DNA of 64,000 nt from Octopus sinensis (lineage: Eukaryota), in contig NC_042999.1 in assembly GCF_006345805.1 (NCBI RefSeq), forward strand, positions 122,822,001-122,886,000. Reading direction: 5' to 3'. Below the pieces are notes generated by a model. The model was given only the letters and a program-made list of their open reading frames with translations, was not told the DNA's origin and ran no database searches. Numbering within the stretch: position 1 is the first letter of the stretch; each line of letters begins with the position of its first letter. Position numbers and translations under genes: made by a program. Below are positions 1 through 12,720 of this stretch, piece by piece.

Positions 1-307
1 TTATGTATTTGTGAAGCTAATTGCTTTAATAAGTACAGTCTAAACATCCCAACTTCAACATTAAGGCTTAAGCACCAAATTTTTAGTCAGCTGGCCCACG
101 AGTTTATCTATTTCAGTATTCTCTCTTTAAAACTCTTCTTTAAAATACATCTATATTGTCCTCATCATGAAACTCATCCTCATCACCATTACTATTCTCA
201 ACATCATTATCATTGTTATTGTTATTCCATTATCATCTTAATAACTGTTTTCCATGTTTGTATGTGTTAAAACAGTTGTGCAATGAGATATCACAGATTC
301 TCTTAAT

Positions 308-865
308 CTTATAATAATAATAATAATAATAATGAAATTATTGTATACAGGGCTCAGATGCACCACAACTTGTCAAAAGTGTGTATAGAGCATATGCAGT
401 AATGTATAAATGTCTGGAAAGTGAACAGTGTATGAGTCAGATACATGCTTGCATGTGTATGGAGGGGAGAAAATCAGGTGTAGTGTTGGCGAATCTCAGA
501 AAGCATGGAAGTTTTGAAGGATGCAGTGCTCTAACAACTAACAACTGATGCCGACAGTTTGTTCCCTACTTCAGCAACTCTTAGCGTGAAAAAATGTTTC
601 TGAAAGTCATTGGAGCTGTGCTGTTTTCTGACTTTGTAAGCATGTTCATGGGTGTTAGACAGCTGGAGTTTGAAAAGGTGCTCAGAGTTATTGTTTGTAA
701 GATGGTTAATAATTTTATGGGTGTCTGCCAAGTCAGCTGCCAGACGTTGGAGTTTCAATGTATTTCAATGCCCAGAGAAGTAAGGCGTTCAGAATATGAC
801 AAATGCCTGATGGAGGGTATTCTTGAGTCATTTTATTCCAAAGCTTTGCTTCATGACATCTTCTA
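308..865 (-). mobile_element. CR1/L2-clade LINE, 3' end fragment with (TTA)n tail
   Basis: Minus-strand translation RIPSIRHLSYSERLTSLG...LQRLAADLADTHKII...HAYKVRKQH..DFQKHFFTLRVAEVGNKLSASVV matches the CR1 ORF2 C-terminal pattern (Y.ERL..L.L..L..RR...DL...YKI; R.FF..RV...WN.LP). A (TAA)n run sits at 311-333. Confidence 0.8.
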
Positions 866-1426
866 GTACCTTATGCTTTTCTCTACTATATAACTTCAAA
901 TCAAAACTAGTTTTAAAATTATTATAATGTGTCACCGAATGTTAAATAATCAGATAGCAAAAGTTAAGGTTTCTTAGCTAACATCCATCTAAATACTAAA
1001 TTATTTTTGTTGACTGCATAGTCAGTATAGTCAAGAATGACGTTGAAATTATAATCACTATATTTAGCACCAATAATTACTTGTACAACTACCCTACTGG
1101 ATATATCTATGCTCTCTCTCTTTCTTGCTATCTGTCTCTTTCTATTTGTCTCTCTCCCTCTCACACACATGACTAACAACCATACATGCACACACATGTA
1201 CATTCATTCACAAACATCTGATAATGTCGATATGCTGATGAAACCCAGCATCCTATCAAATCATCAAAGTTAAAACACTCCAAAACTACTTCACTACATT
1301 TGACAAAAGTAGCCTAATGGAGAAATATTCCTGAATCTATCGCAAGAGAGTTGTAGGCAATTTCATTCATACACTTGTACACACAAATGCATGCACATAC
1401 ACACATACACACACATGTACACAGTC

Positions 1427-1463
<37 letters not shown>

Positions 1464-1959
1464 CTCACATTCTTGCTTACACCATATAAGCATATACACA
1501 GACACACACTCATCTGCTCATAGATTCACACATGTTCAAGCAATAGTAATACAAAAGAACTGAACATTAAATCAGCAATGAAGGTGATGTGTTGGCATTG
1601 GATTCAACAATTCCCATCAGATCGTGGAAACTAAGTAGTGACAGGCCATGTCAGTACTCAGTTCAATGGTTATTCAGAAAACCTATCTAATTATTAACCA
1701 GCTACTTGATGTAAATATCTAATCCATGTTTTATTATTTCAGAATAGTAAATTCATAACCTTACATGTTATAAAAGTTGGCTGATGAGAAGAATTTCTTG
1801 CCTTTATGCATAAACAGTTTTGAGTAATAAAAAAATGACCTTCTGAAAACATAACACATCTTATCGAGTTTATATCACACACACACACACACATAAAAGA
1901 AATATGTACATACATACATACATGCATATATATATATATATTATATATATATATATATC

Positions 1960-2200
1960 ATTAGAGTTATCTAAAAGAATTTCTATCCATTACTCAACAT
2001 TTAGGGATAGAAATAAACGCAATAGTACCGGTCTCAGCAAACTGATTTGGGATTTAAAAGACCACAATGAACAATTTCATTTAGAATGGTTGATTCTCTC
2101 AATTTCGATACCATATGACAAAGGCAAGTAATTTTGTCTTCTTTGCAATTCTGAGCTATTTTTCATTATTTTTTTTCTAAAAATACTCTAGTAAACACGG
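1960..2200 (+). mobile_element. Penelope-like element, GIY-YIG endonuclease C-terminal remnant
   Basis: Translation KRISIHYSTFRDRNKRNSTGLSKLIWDLKD...LEWLIL....PYDKGK*FCLLCNSELFFI resembles the PLE pattern H..SFR....NST.LS.YIW.LK....W.I....PY.....C.LC..EK. Confidence 0.72.
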
Positions 2201-2685
2201 TTATAGAGAGAGCATACAGATGTAAGCATTGGCAAAAACATACATTTAGTGCATATAAGTAGTGTCTATCATTATATATAATTTAAACTTTAATTTCCTT
2301 TATATTTAACATTCACTATTGGTATCCCTACTCTTTCTGTTAGCTACTTATGACGTTATATCATATAACGTTTTTTTAAACAATATTAATAGCGTTCTGT
2401 CTATCGCTATACAAATCCATCATTTTTTGCTAAAATGTCTTATTGACAAGTTTCGCTTTTTCACTTTCCTCAGGATTACATTGTTTATACCATTTATTCT
2501 TTTGAATAGTATCAGTGGAATTTTCGAAACATGTGTCGAAAGTAAAAATATTTGATTACACCTGCGTTAAACTCCATTTATTTATTCATATATATATATA
2601 TATGTATATATATTAGTAAAAATGGTAAGATAACAAAAGAAAAAAAGAGACCTCATTATTATGTAAATAGAAGAATTTATCTGTA

Positions 2686-2836
2686 AATATAATATGTGAC
2701 AATTATTCGGTAGCCAAGATAAAACTCTGAGTTTCGGATGCCGAGGTGGAAGTCCACACCACCATCTCTTCAGTTATTTGAAGAGATGGTGGTGTGGATT
2801 TTTATCTTGGCTACCGAATAATTGTCACATATTATA

Positions 2837-2838
<2 letters not shown>
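2686..2838. repeat. Nested inverted repeat: 39-bp outer arms and 20-bp inner arms
   Basis: 2686-2724 is the reverse complement of 2800-2838. 2753-2772 is the reverse complement of 2779-2798, with a 6-nt loop. Segment 2725-2752 has no counterpart in the right arm. Confidence 0.9.
2719..2777 (-). ncRNA. Minimal type-I hammerhead ribozyme motif (PLE-type)
   Basis: Minus strand reads AUAA-CUGAAGA-GAUG...CAUC-C-GAAA-CUCAGAG-UU|UUAU. Stem I is AUAA/UUAU, the core is intact, stem III is near-palindromic, and the predicted triplet is GUU. Confidence 0.72.
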
Positions 2839-2876
<38 letters not shown>

Positions 2877-3092
2877 CAAAATAAGAAAATGGAGAAATAC
2901 ATCCAAATCAAATAACAACTACCAGATAATACCCAATCACATACTTTATTAAACCACTACATAAGAAACTTTAAGGTCAAACATAATAATATAGAACAAA
3001 ACAGTGTACATAAAGGAGTAATATGATACAATAATTACAATATGTATAAGAGAATATAGATATAAATAAATACAGATATAAATATAAGCTAC

Positions 3093-3219
3093 ATCTTACA
3101 GCTGTTTCGGCCATGCAGATAAGTATGTCTCATTTTACTTATATTGGCCATGTGTGGTAGGTCAATATGTAGTTATAAATGAGACATTTACAAAAATATC
3201 CTAAGGCCTCTTCGGAGAT
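3093..3219 (-). ncRNA. Hammerhead ribozyme motif with long stem II and a core substitution
   Basis: Minus strand reads AUCU-CCGAAGA-GGCC-(92 nt)-GGCC-GAAA-CAGCUG-UA|AGAU. Stems I, II and III all pair. The core is CCGAAGA instead of CUGAAGA. Confidence 0.65.
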
Positions 3220-4092
3220 TATGAAATACGAACCAAATTACATATACACTCATATAAGTGTGGGTACATACCTATAATAAATCATATACATATACATATG
3301 AGTGCATATACTCATACTCCTATACATATACATATACATAATAATATAAATAATATATAAATAAACATACATATGTTCCATATTCAATGTTATAGCTTTT
3401 CAACTTAATATTATGATATTACAATGTAGAAAACATACACATATTAATACCCAAATGCAGATATACAGAGTCAAGAGTATATTATATTAATTTATATTAA
3501 TTTACAAAATGTCATTAATGTTAACATCATTACTATTAATGCTACCAATATCATTATTCTTATTATTAATAACACTAATACTAGCAAAAAAATATATAGA
3601 TCACATTATTAGCAATATAATAGCAAAACCAAGGACCATAATAGTACTACAGTACCATGCAAAGCATTAAATATCTGCATATACATACAAAATAAGAAAT
3701 AAAAGCATTCGGTTTACATGATATTAAGTTCCACTGGTGCATAGATGTACATACGAGTGCAAATTTATTGACATGTATGTATATATTATATATATTATTA
3801 TATGTACATATTATAAATAAATATAGATATATGTTATGTGTATGTGTGTGCATGTGTGCTCCATGCATGTACATGTGTGTATGTGTGTGTGTGTTGAAAG
3901 GAACACAGAAAACATGATCAGTATTTATGCTTTAGAAATGTGCGTCTTCCAGGAAGCTGACTACCTGTTATACAACAAATGTGGCCATCTCACTTCAGCA
4001 TTAATGTAGCAACAATACAAATAAATGCTAATTATATATATATACATATATAAACAAGCATATATATGTGTGTGTGTGTGTGTATATATATA

Positions 4093-4345
4093 TACAGCTC
4101 TTACCAGCCACTTATCTATCCCCAGTTTCTGCATTGACTACCAGATGAGGGATCGGAGGAACCAGTCAAAGGTTTTCTCCAAGTCAACAATAGCCAAGTA
4201 CAGAGGTTTATCTTTGGTTAGGTATTTCTCCTGCAGTGGCCTTACCAAAATATAGCATCAGTGGTGCTTCTGCTTGGCACAAAACCAAACTGAATCCCAT
4301 CTAGGCTAACTCTCTCCCTAGTTAGTTAGGCTCTGACCCTCTCTG
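4093..4345 (-). mobile_element. RTE-X LINE reverse-transcriptase fragment
   Basis: Translation QFGFVPSRSTTDAIF / VRPLQEKYLTKDKPLYLAIVDLEKTFDWFLRSLIW*SMQKLGIDKWLVRAV contains the RT DLEKAFD motif, with a frameshift and a stop. Confidence 0.82.
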
Positions 4346-5097
4346 TATATATATATAGATACCTACAGATATGTATATACAGATATATAGAGAGAAACAG
4401 ACACAGACAGACAGACAGATGTGTATATACAATCATATATATAAATATATAATGACAGCAACTGAAAACCAAAAGAAGAAATGATTCACTATCACTAAAA
4501 TGTGATAAATAGTGCCGTTAGCACTATTATAGCTAGAAATAAGAGTCAAAGAACTCTATAGCCACGAAAGCACATTTTCTATGTACTAACAGGGGAGACA
4601 ACCTTCTCACCACAACTGAGAGGTATTAGGTTGGCAAACCAACTTTGCATGAAATTTAATACTCATCAGTAAGGTTTACATTGTGGGTGGTGAATTTAAA
4701 TTCTACCCCATCAGTATATATATAGTGATTTTACCATAGGAATCAATGGCTGATTCTAAAAAATGGTAATGTGAAAATTATAAAATGATGAAGACAGCTA
4801 GACACAATTCAAAACCGAAAAGCTCCTTTATTGGCTTTTCTTTTTGTTTACCGGATGAGATAGACATGTCTGGCCATATTCTCCTTCAAAAGATAAATTA
4901 CTTATTCAATAAATAAAATTCAATGAAATAAGTACCAGAATGAAATAAGTTTCAGTGTCACTATCATCCCCTAAAACCCCTAAACTGAGTGTCCCAGCAT
5001 GGCTATAGTTCAGTAGCTAAAGTCAGTAAAAAATTACATGAATAAAATAAGCTTATGATTACCCTTCCAACAACAAACTTATAAGAAAAATTGCAAT

Positions 5098-5668
5098 CAT
5101 CATCATCGTTTAACGTCTGTTTTCCATGCTAGCATGTGTTGGACTGTTCGACCGGAGTCTGGGAAACCAGGAGGCTGCACCAGGCTCCAGTCTGATCTGG
5201 CAGTGTTTCTACAGCTGGATGCCCTTCCTAACACCAACCACTCCGTGTGCATGTTGGGTGCTTTTTATGTGCCATTGGTACAGGGGCCAGAGGAGGTTGG
5301 CAAATGGCCATGATCGGTTGGTGCTTTTACATGTCACCAACACGGATGCCAGTCAGGCGGCGCTGGCATCTGCCATGTTCAGACAGTGCTTCTTACGTGT
5401 CACCGGCATGGGTATCTTAACTACAATTTCCATTTGATTTTTATTTTGATGTTGGTGTTGACGTACTTGACTCAATAGGTCTCCTCAAGAACAGTGGGTC
5501 ACTCTACGATCCAAGGTTAGCACAGCAGGCTGTCCTGCGAGCTACGAACTCACTTCATTTGTCGGGTCTACACAGTCACAGCATATCTCAGAGGTCTCAG
5601 TCTTCATCATTTCCTCTGTGAGGCCTTACGTGCCACTGGCACGGGTATCACAACTACAATATCCATAT
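5098..5668 (-). mobile_element. RTE-X 3'UTR-derived retroposon with (GAT)n tail (family C)
   Basis: Colinear with 21361-21900, 47030-47370 and 63085-63465 (ccatgctagcatg..ggatgcccttcctaac..ggtgctttttaygtgcc). The (cat)n run lies at the low-coordinate end. Confidence 0.8.
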
Positions 5669-7967
5669 GAATCTTTAATTATAATACAAGAATACATTTA
5701 GATCTATTTAATCACATCTCATTTAATAATATGTTATTCACATTAAATTGAGAAACTCCAATTTAACTTTATGTATCAGTTGGTTACTCTTTCTCATAAA
5801 TAGATGAAATTTTATTATTTTTGACTCAGTTTTCATATTTTATTCAAAAGTTTGATGAAAGTATTATCACCAAACAATTTTCATCCTGGACCTGATATTT
5901 CATTTATAATTTGTAGTTATTGTAAAGTTTTACTCTTTACTTCTTAGGTTTCAGTTTATTTTATTTTATTCTATTTCATTACTGGCTTCAGAGGATGTAG
6001 CTATCTAGCATCAAAGCTAGCAATAACACAGAACACATTCAAGTAAAACACATTCAAGTAAAAATTGCTCAAAAATAATAAGCCTAGAGAAAACTTTATA
6101 CTGTGCAGATAATATAGCTAAATGATAAAATAAACTGTGAATAGAGTAATTTACTAAATAAAACTTTTGCTTAAGGTCACATTAAGTTAACTTGATCCTT
6201 GAATATTTTAAATCTTTAAGAGTAATTAGTTATCTAAAATGTTTCCATTTTAGTTTTTATATATTTTTTTTAGTATATATATAACTTTCAGTTAAATATT
6301 GTGCCTTAGGTTGAACAGGGTTAACTGGTTTGCCCCAAAGTAATTTTTAATACTATCAACTATATGTCTAAAGCTAAGGTGTTTCTGTGTATCTTTGAAA
6401 TAATCTCAAGTAAATATTATCAAAAAGTATAGCTGGCATTTTAGATAATATAAACTACTGACAGAGTTCTGTCTGCTAGCTCAAGTTTATCAGCCTCTCC
6501 ACTCACATTGCTATTAACTGAATCATTTTTAAGTACTAGTGTTATGATAACAAGTGTATTTCTTTCTTGCGGTTTAGATATGTTTATAAATACACAGAAT
6601 CCAAATGTAATATTGCTCTATGTTAATCATTCATATCTTGGTTTTCTAAAATTTATAATTTGTTAGACCTTACATTAACATTTAATTTGGTTTATAATTA
6701 TTGCTTCCAAGAATGTTACTTATTCATTGTTTATAAAATAATGTTAGAAGCCATCCTTGATAATAGACTTTTTAGCTATAAACAGAGTCTTTCAACGCTG
6801 TATAAATTCTTAGAATTCTAGATCAACTAAAACTTAAACAAAAAAAGAATTAGATTTAGAAATCAGCAACAACTATGAATAGAAATAATTATCCTTCATG
6901 AAATTTAAAACAAGACTGACATGGAGTTTTACATGTTGACATGTGCAATGTTCTTGTTTTGAATCAATTTGTTGTATCTAGTAAGTGCATCCAGCTTTTA
7001 ACACAATTGCTTATTCAGTGCAGGTTTCACTGCAAGAACAACATGCAGTCTAAGCTTGGAATTCAGCGATTGGACTTGTAGCAAGTGGCCTTGACCTTAT
7101 CTTCAAGATCACTTTACCTCACTTTTGTTTTGTCAAGATAAAAGTTTCTTTGAAATTCTTTTCTTTCAATAATCAGTAAACCGCTACGGTTATTTTTGAA
7201 AATTATATTGATATTTAATTCATTACAAATTATATGATTTTAAATTCATTGTGGCTTATTTATACATGGTTTCATGTATTGTTTATTCTTTCCCTATTTG
7301 CCACTACACATGATCTTCAAAAAAATTTTAGAATTACAGCTTTAATACAAGTGGCAAGAAATCTTCAGTAGTTTAGATCCAAAATTGTCTGATATTAACA
7401 TTCAAAGGTATACTTACAAATGCACGTGAGCCATTAACACATTTCAAAGTAAGCATAGCAGAAAAACCAAAAAAGCAATTAAAGACAATATAAAAATAAA
7501 CAATGTACAATGTTGTTGTAAACCAATCAAGCAAGGTTTCTATGTTAATTTAGAAAGCTACTCAGATTTCAAAAGGAAAACAAAGAATAATGTTAGATTA
7601 CATGGAATAAAGATTGAATCCTACATCCAGATGTAAAGATAACAAAAATAAAATCAGTGGTTTAAATACTAAAGAGAAATAGACTAAAAGCTTCTTCATT
7701 TCTTTTGATCTGAAGATGACACTTACAACTAATGATAAATATCTAAGATGGTAGCTGCATTGTACATTACATTTCTTGCTAGTAGTAATCACCACAAAAG
7801 TGTTTATCATTCAGCAATGCTACCACATTTCAAACATCTTTGATGCCATCAGTTTGAAGCTATGTAAATGCCATATATAAACACTATAATTACCAGCCCT
7901 CAACTTCCTAATGCTCAGTTAAGATATATTATTTGAAAATAGAATGTTCATAAGTCATATATCAAAT

Positions 7968-8024
<57 letters not shown>

Positions 8025-11000
8025 ATATATATATATATGCATGTATGTTCTCCAATGGTGTCTATTCAGATTTTACTTTTTATCATTAACAAAGCAGACA
8101 TGCAAGGAATAAAATTAATATTTTTATGCAGTAATAACACTGCTAGATATGTTTACCATTACATACTGTATGAGTAGACTTCAGTAAAATATAGATTTTA
8201 AACCGTTTTTTGAGTCTGCTCCCACACTCAAACACATTCTCAATTTTCTGTAGATGTATGCCTGATAAATACATAATTACTATAAATCTCTTTCCGAGTT
8301 TATTTGTTTAGCTCAGGTGGCCAATGCCTTTCACTAAAACCTTCTAAATCTACTACCATTTTTGACAAAACTAGAACTCTTGCATTTTTACTCCTTGAAG
8401 TCTAACTGCTGTTAAAGAATGAACTTCAGAAAACCAACACTTATTATTACTAAGAATGTGGCAAATCAAATACACAGTCTCGTTATGTTAACCATAGCTT
8501 TACTTTATTCATCAAAGGTATCAATCATTTCCAAACCAGCTGTCAAGGTTATCATTATTTGAATAATCAGTGACAGGAACAAAAGAACAATTCAAGGGTT
8601 ATTTTCTCAAATGTATTCATTATGGCATTACATTATAACTGTATATTACAATTCCCAACCAATAAATACTTTATTAATATTTTTTTAAAGAGGTTTTAAA
8701 TAAAGTTTGGTGTGAATTATTAAATTTTTTCTTAATATGTTGTGATATTTCTTTGACAAAGACACATAACAATTGCAATTTACAATTCCTGTATTACCAA
8801 TAACAAAAATGATTGATTTCTCTTGGCACATTAAACAGCTGTGATATTTAGTTATATTTTCTACATCTTTTATAAGAATATGTTAAGTGTGCTAAATTTA
8901 TTCTTCATTTTGAGTGTGACCGTTCGTTACCATAGATTTGTTTGCATTGATCACAAACCAGGACAAAGCACCAATTGCTGCAAGCACATATTGGCTTATT
9001 ACCTCTCCTTCAAAAGATCATTTATCTGACAGGATCATTCATCTCTCAACTTCTTACAACCTGCGGACAACTACTTACAAACTATTTATCACAATTTCAA
9101 TTTTATTTCAACAACAAACATAATCTCACTATTTATAAATAAAATGATAGAACTGTGTTTTATCTATATACACTTAATTAATAAAATCAAACTCTAAGAG
9201 AAAGTTGTTAATTATAACTGAGAAATTATTAATTTATAATATTTGGATTTTACAGTTACTATTGCAAGGTTTCTTCAAATTTCATTTAAATAAAATATAT
9301 GCAGTAAATTACAATTGACCACTTTTGTCCAGTTTATTCAGGGCTTGAGTGAAGCTTCTTTGAAGAAAATATATTCATTTATATTCTTTTACCTATAAAG
9401 TTTTCTGTTTTTTATTATTATTTGTTTAAAAGAATAAAATTGTATATGGACTATTCACTTCCCCTTCAATTAGTGTTCTTGCATCAGCCTTATACTTCAA
9501 TCTATGCAGTTTCTTATATGATTAGTAATTATTTCCTTTGCCTTTAAGTCATAATTTCAGAGAAAAACATAAAATACAATGATTTCACTTACATGATTTA
9601 TTCATAAATATGAAAATTAACTTGGCAGATATTATTAAAAAGCAGAATTTTTGTAAAATTATTTAAAATATCGATATAAAGTATTTCATTAATCAATAAT
9701 ACATTGTAGATTTGTCAATAGGTATTGTATTTTGATCTATAATCCGTCATATCTTAGAAACAATGATTATGTTGAAACAGAACATGGGAAAAAAGGTTGT
9801 TTTTAACAATGTTCTCCATTTTTAATATTTTATTTTATTACCAGTCTTGTCAAAAGTGATTGTTGTAAAAGTTGTTGTTTTAAAACTGCCAACCAAAGTC
9901 AACTAAAACAATTCCTGTTTTTTTTTCTCTATTTATTTGTTGTTGTAGTTGTTTTTTAAATGCATGCTAGTATTGATGAAAATTGTGGTTAAATCAGCCA
10001 TCAATTCATATTGATATATCAGAGCAAATAATCCAATATCTGTTTGAAATACAAATATTAAATTCCCAAAGCAACAAAGCCATATCTCTTTGAAGAAATC
10101 AACATGCATTATTTATATTTAACAAAAGCAACTTGTTTTAATGCTCAAGTTGTTCTTTGGCCTATATATGCTAGAGGAACAAAAGTAATAACAACTGTCT
10201 TAACATACAGAAAGTAAATCAGAACAATGTTTTCATTTCTTTTAGTATTTTTTTTTTGTTTTATAATTTTTTTCTTCTCTAATTCAGTACAAGAATATCA
10301 GTTTTTGAATGGAAGCTTGTTTCATTCCTTCACCAACCACAAAGGCTGACAATATAATATTTAGTTATGAGAAATATGTCAATCAAGTACCTATGCATAA
10401 GATTGATGAATTTGATACACTTTGATATTGCTGATCTTCTATACTGCTTATGGCCAAAGTCAATATAAAATCTAATATCAATTGCAAGACATTAATAAAT
10501 TGTTGACCAAATACACCATTAGATATCATGAGACAGCAGATTAGTTTCAGGGAAAATAGCCATCTTCCAACAAGAAGCAGCAGCTTTAATCCCATTTTAC
10601 AATTGAAATCAAGTATGCAAACGTGTTTGTTTTCCATTCATGAAGTGGCAATGGAATAACAATAAAATCTTTCAATAGAATCTGTTTTACTACTCTTGTA
10701 GCTGAAGAACCTACCTCAGTCTCCAGTACTTGTATATCTGTGACAGCGCTTTGTTATTTTAGTTTTCTCTTCCACAGTAAACTGAGGTTGTATCAGTTAA
10801 AATCTGAACTACTTTGTTTTGCACATTTCTTCTTTTACCTTTTTCATAGAACTTAACTGCTTTCAATTTAAGTATATTTATCAAAGAATTTTCTTCTACA
10901 TTTACTTTTCTCTGCAAAGCATTCTCTGAACAAGATTTCAGAGTGTTATTTTATTTATTAATTATATTATTTGTATCTTGAAGATATAACAGTAGAAACC

Positions 11001-11446
11001 AATCTAGTTCTCAAGGATAATTATTTGATGTGTCAAAAAAATAATTTTGTTCTTTTTAACATACACTCAGAAGGTAATATTTTTACTTGCACATTGATTA
11101 GACCACAATTTAAAATTTCTCATTCTGTATATTATTTTATTTTATACTGTTATAAAGTAACATTAAAATCAAGCCTAAATACTTATTTATTATCGATGGT
11201 ATTGTGATGAATGAAGACAAATGATTGACTTTTCATGAACAGAGGTACCAAACACTGTGCTATTGACTACAAGAATGAATGAATAGGAGTTGTGCTATTC
11301 TTGTTTCGATACAGATATACAATTGTATATACATATTTGCTCATGAAGATATGCCTAAACATAGATATAAATACTACATATAGACACAGATGCACACACA
11401 TATACATATTTATCATACATATGTGAGTGTGTGCATGTGTGTGAAT

Positions 11447-11800
11447 ACTGGCATGGTTGTGTAGTTTACTTCACAACCACTTGGTTTTGGGTTCAATCCC
11501 ACCTCACAGCATCTTGGACAAATATCTTCTACTATAGTGCTGGGTAACCATTGTTCTGTGGGCAGATTTGGTAAATGAAAACTATGTACAAACCTCTGTG
11601 TGTGTAGGGTGGGTGTGCATGCGTGTGCATGTATGCATGCATGTGTGTGTGAGTGCATGCTTGTGTTTGTCTCTTGACAAGTGGTATGCTATCGTTTATG
11701 GGCCTATCTCTTAGTAGCTGAGCAAAAAGAATGATAGAATAAATACCAAATATTAAAATGCAAGTGCTGGTGGAGAGTTCATTGACTGAACACCTTCGGG
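11447..11800 (+). mobile_element. tRNA-derived SINE, family A, degenerate, with internal microsatellite
   Basis: Aligns by eye to 55558-55967: ggttcaatccca B-box-like head, gtcttctactatag, gatttggtag, gatagaataa. Confidence 0.62.
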
Positions 11801-11926
11801 TAAATAATGAAGTTTTTGATCAAGTGAGGAGATTAATCATCAAGTAATTGGCTCTTGTGTATTTCTGAGATGTGAAATTAAGTTGCTGGTTCTAATTGAT
11901 TTATGAGAAGAGTAGATGCAAAAAGT

Positions 11927-12230
11927 GGAGTCGCAATGGCCCAGTGGTTAGGGCAGCAGACTCACAGTCGGAGGATCACGGTTTCGATTCCCAGAACAGT
12001 CGTTGTGTGTGTTTATTGAGCGAAAACACCTAAAGCTCCATCAGGGGATGATGGTGACCCCTGTTGAACTCTTTTACCCCAACTTTCTCTCACACTCTCT
12101 TCCTGTTTCTTGAGTAACGCTGCGATGGACTGGTGTCCCGTCCAGCTGGAGGAGAACAAATACGCCACAGAAACTGAGAAACCAGGCCCATGAGCCTGGC
12201 TAGGCTTGAAAAGGGCACATAAAGAAAAAG
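11927..12230 (+). mobile_element. tRNA-derived SINE (distinct family, V/Meta-like 3' body)
   Basis: A box TGGCCCAGTGG and B box GGTTTCGATTCC. Body contains ctgcgatggactggtgtcccgtccag. A-rich tail. Confidence 0.72.
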
Positions 12231-12354
12231 ATACAAAAATCTAACTGCATGAGTGAATATATCAATAACAATAGAGGTCCATCTAAGGGAGTGAACAAAC
12301 AAGAGGAAATAGTACTCAACATATTTCAAAGAAACTTAATGTGTTTGATAACAT

Positions 12355-12720
12355 TCAGTTTGACACAGTGCCACATAAGTCAAAATTTCATGGGTATGTA
12401 GGACACATTCAGTTTGTTAGATGTTCAAAGAAAGAGTAGAGAGTTTGAAAGAAATTCAAAGCAGTTTCTAGGTGTTTAAGTTCTCTATTGGTCAGCTCAG
12501 GTTATATAGCTATAACGCTATAAAAGTGACATTGGTTATTTTTTTAGATCCATATATTATAGACAAGATGTTGGTACCACTTTGATGCTGAGTGTGGTAT
12601 TTTCAAAACATCAATTTCTTGTATAGGGCGGTTAGGTAAGATGTTGAAGTCATTCAGTCATTCAGTAATCACTCAGCAGAGTAGGAACACATTAGTAACA
12701 TTAGTCTTTACTTTTTAGAT
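12355..12720 (+). mobile_element. Highly degenerate CR1/L2-type RT remnant
   Basis: FDTVPHK motif (ttt gac aca gtg cca cat aag), followed by stop-riddled sequence. Confidence 0.3.

Noticed and set aside
4640-4840. CUGAUGA and CGAAA fragments suggesting further hammerheads
   Set aside because: Core halves are on different strands or lack pairing stems.
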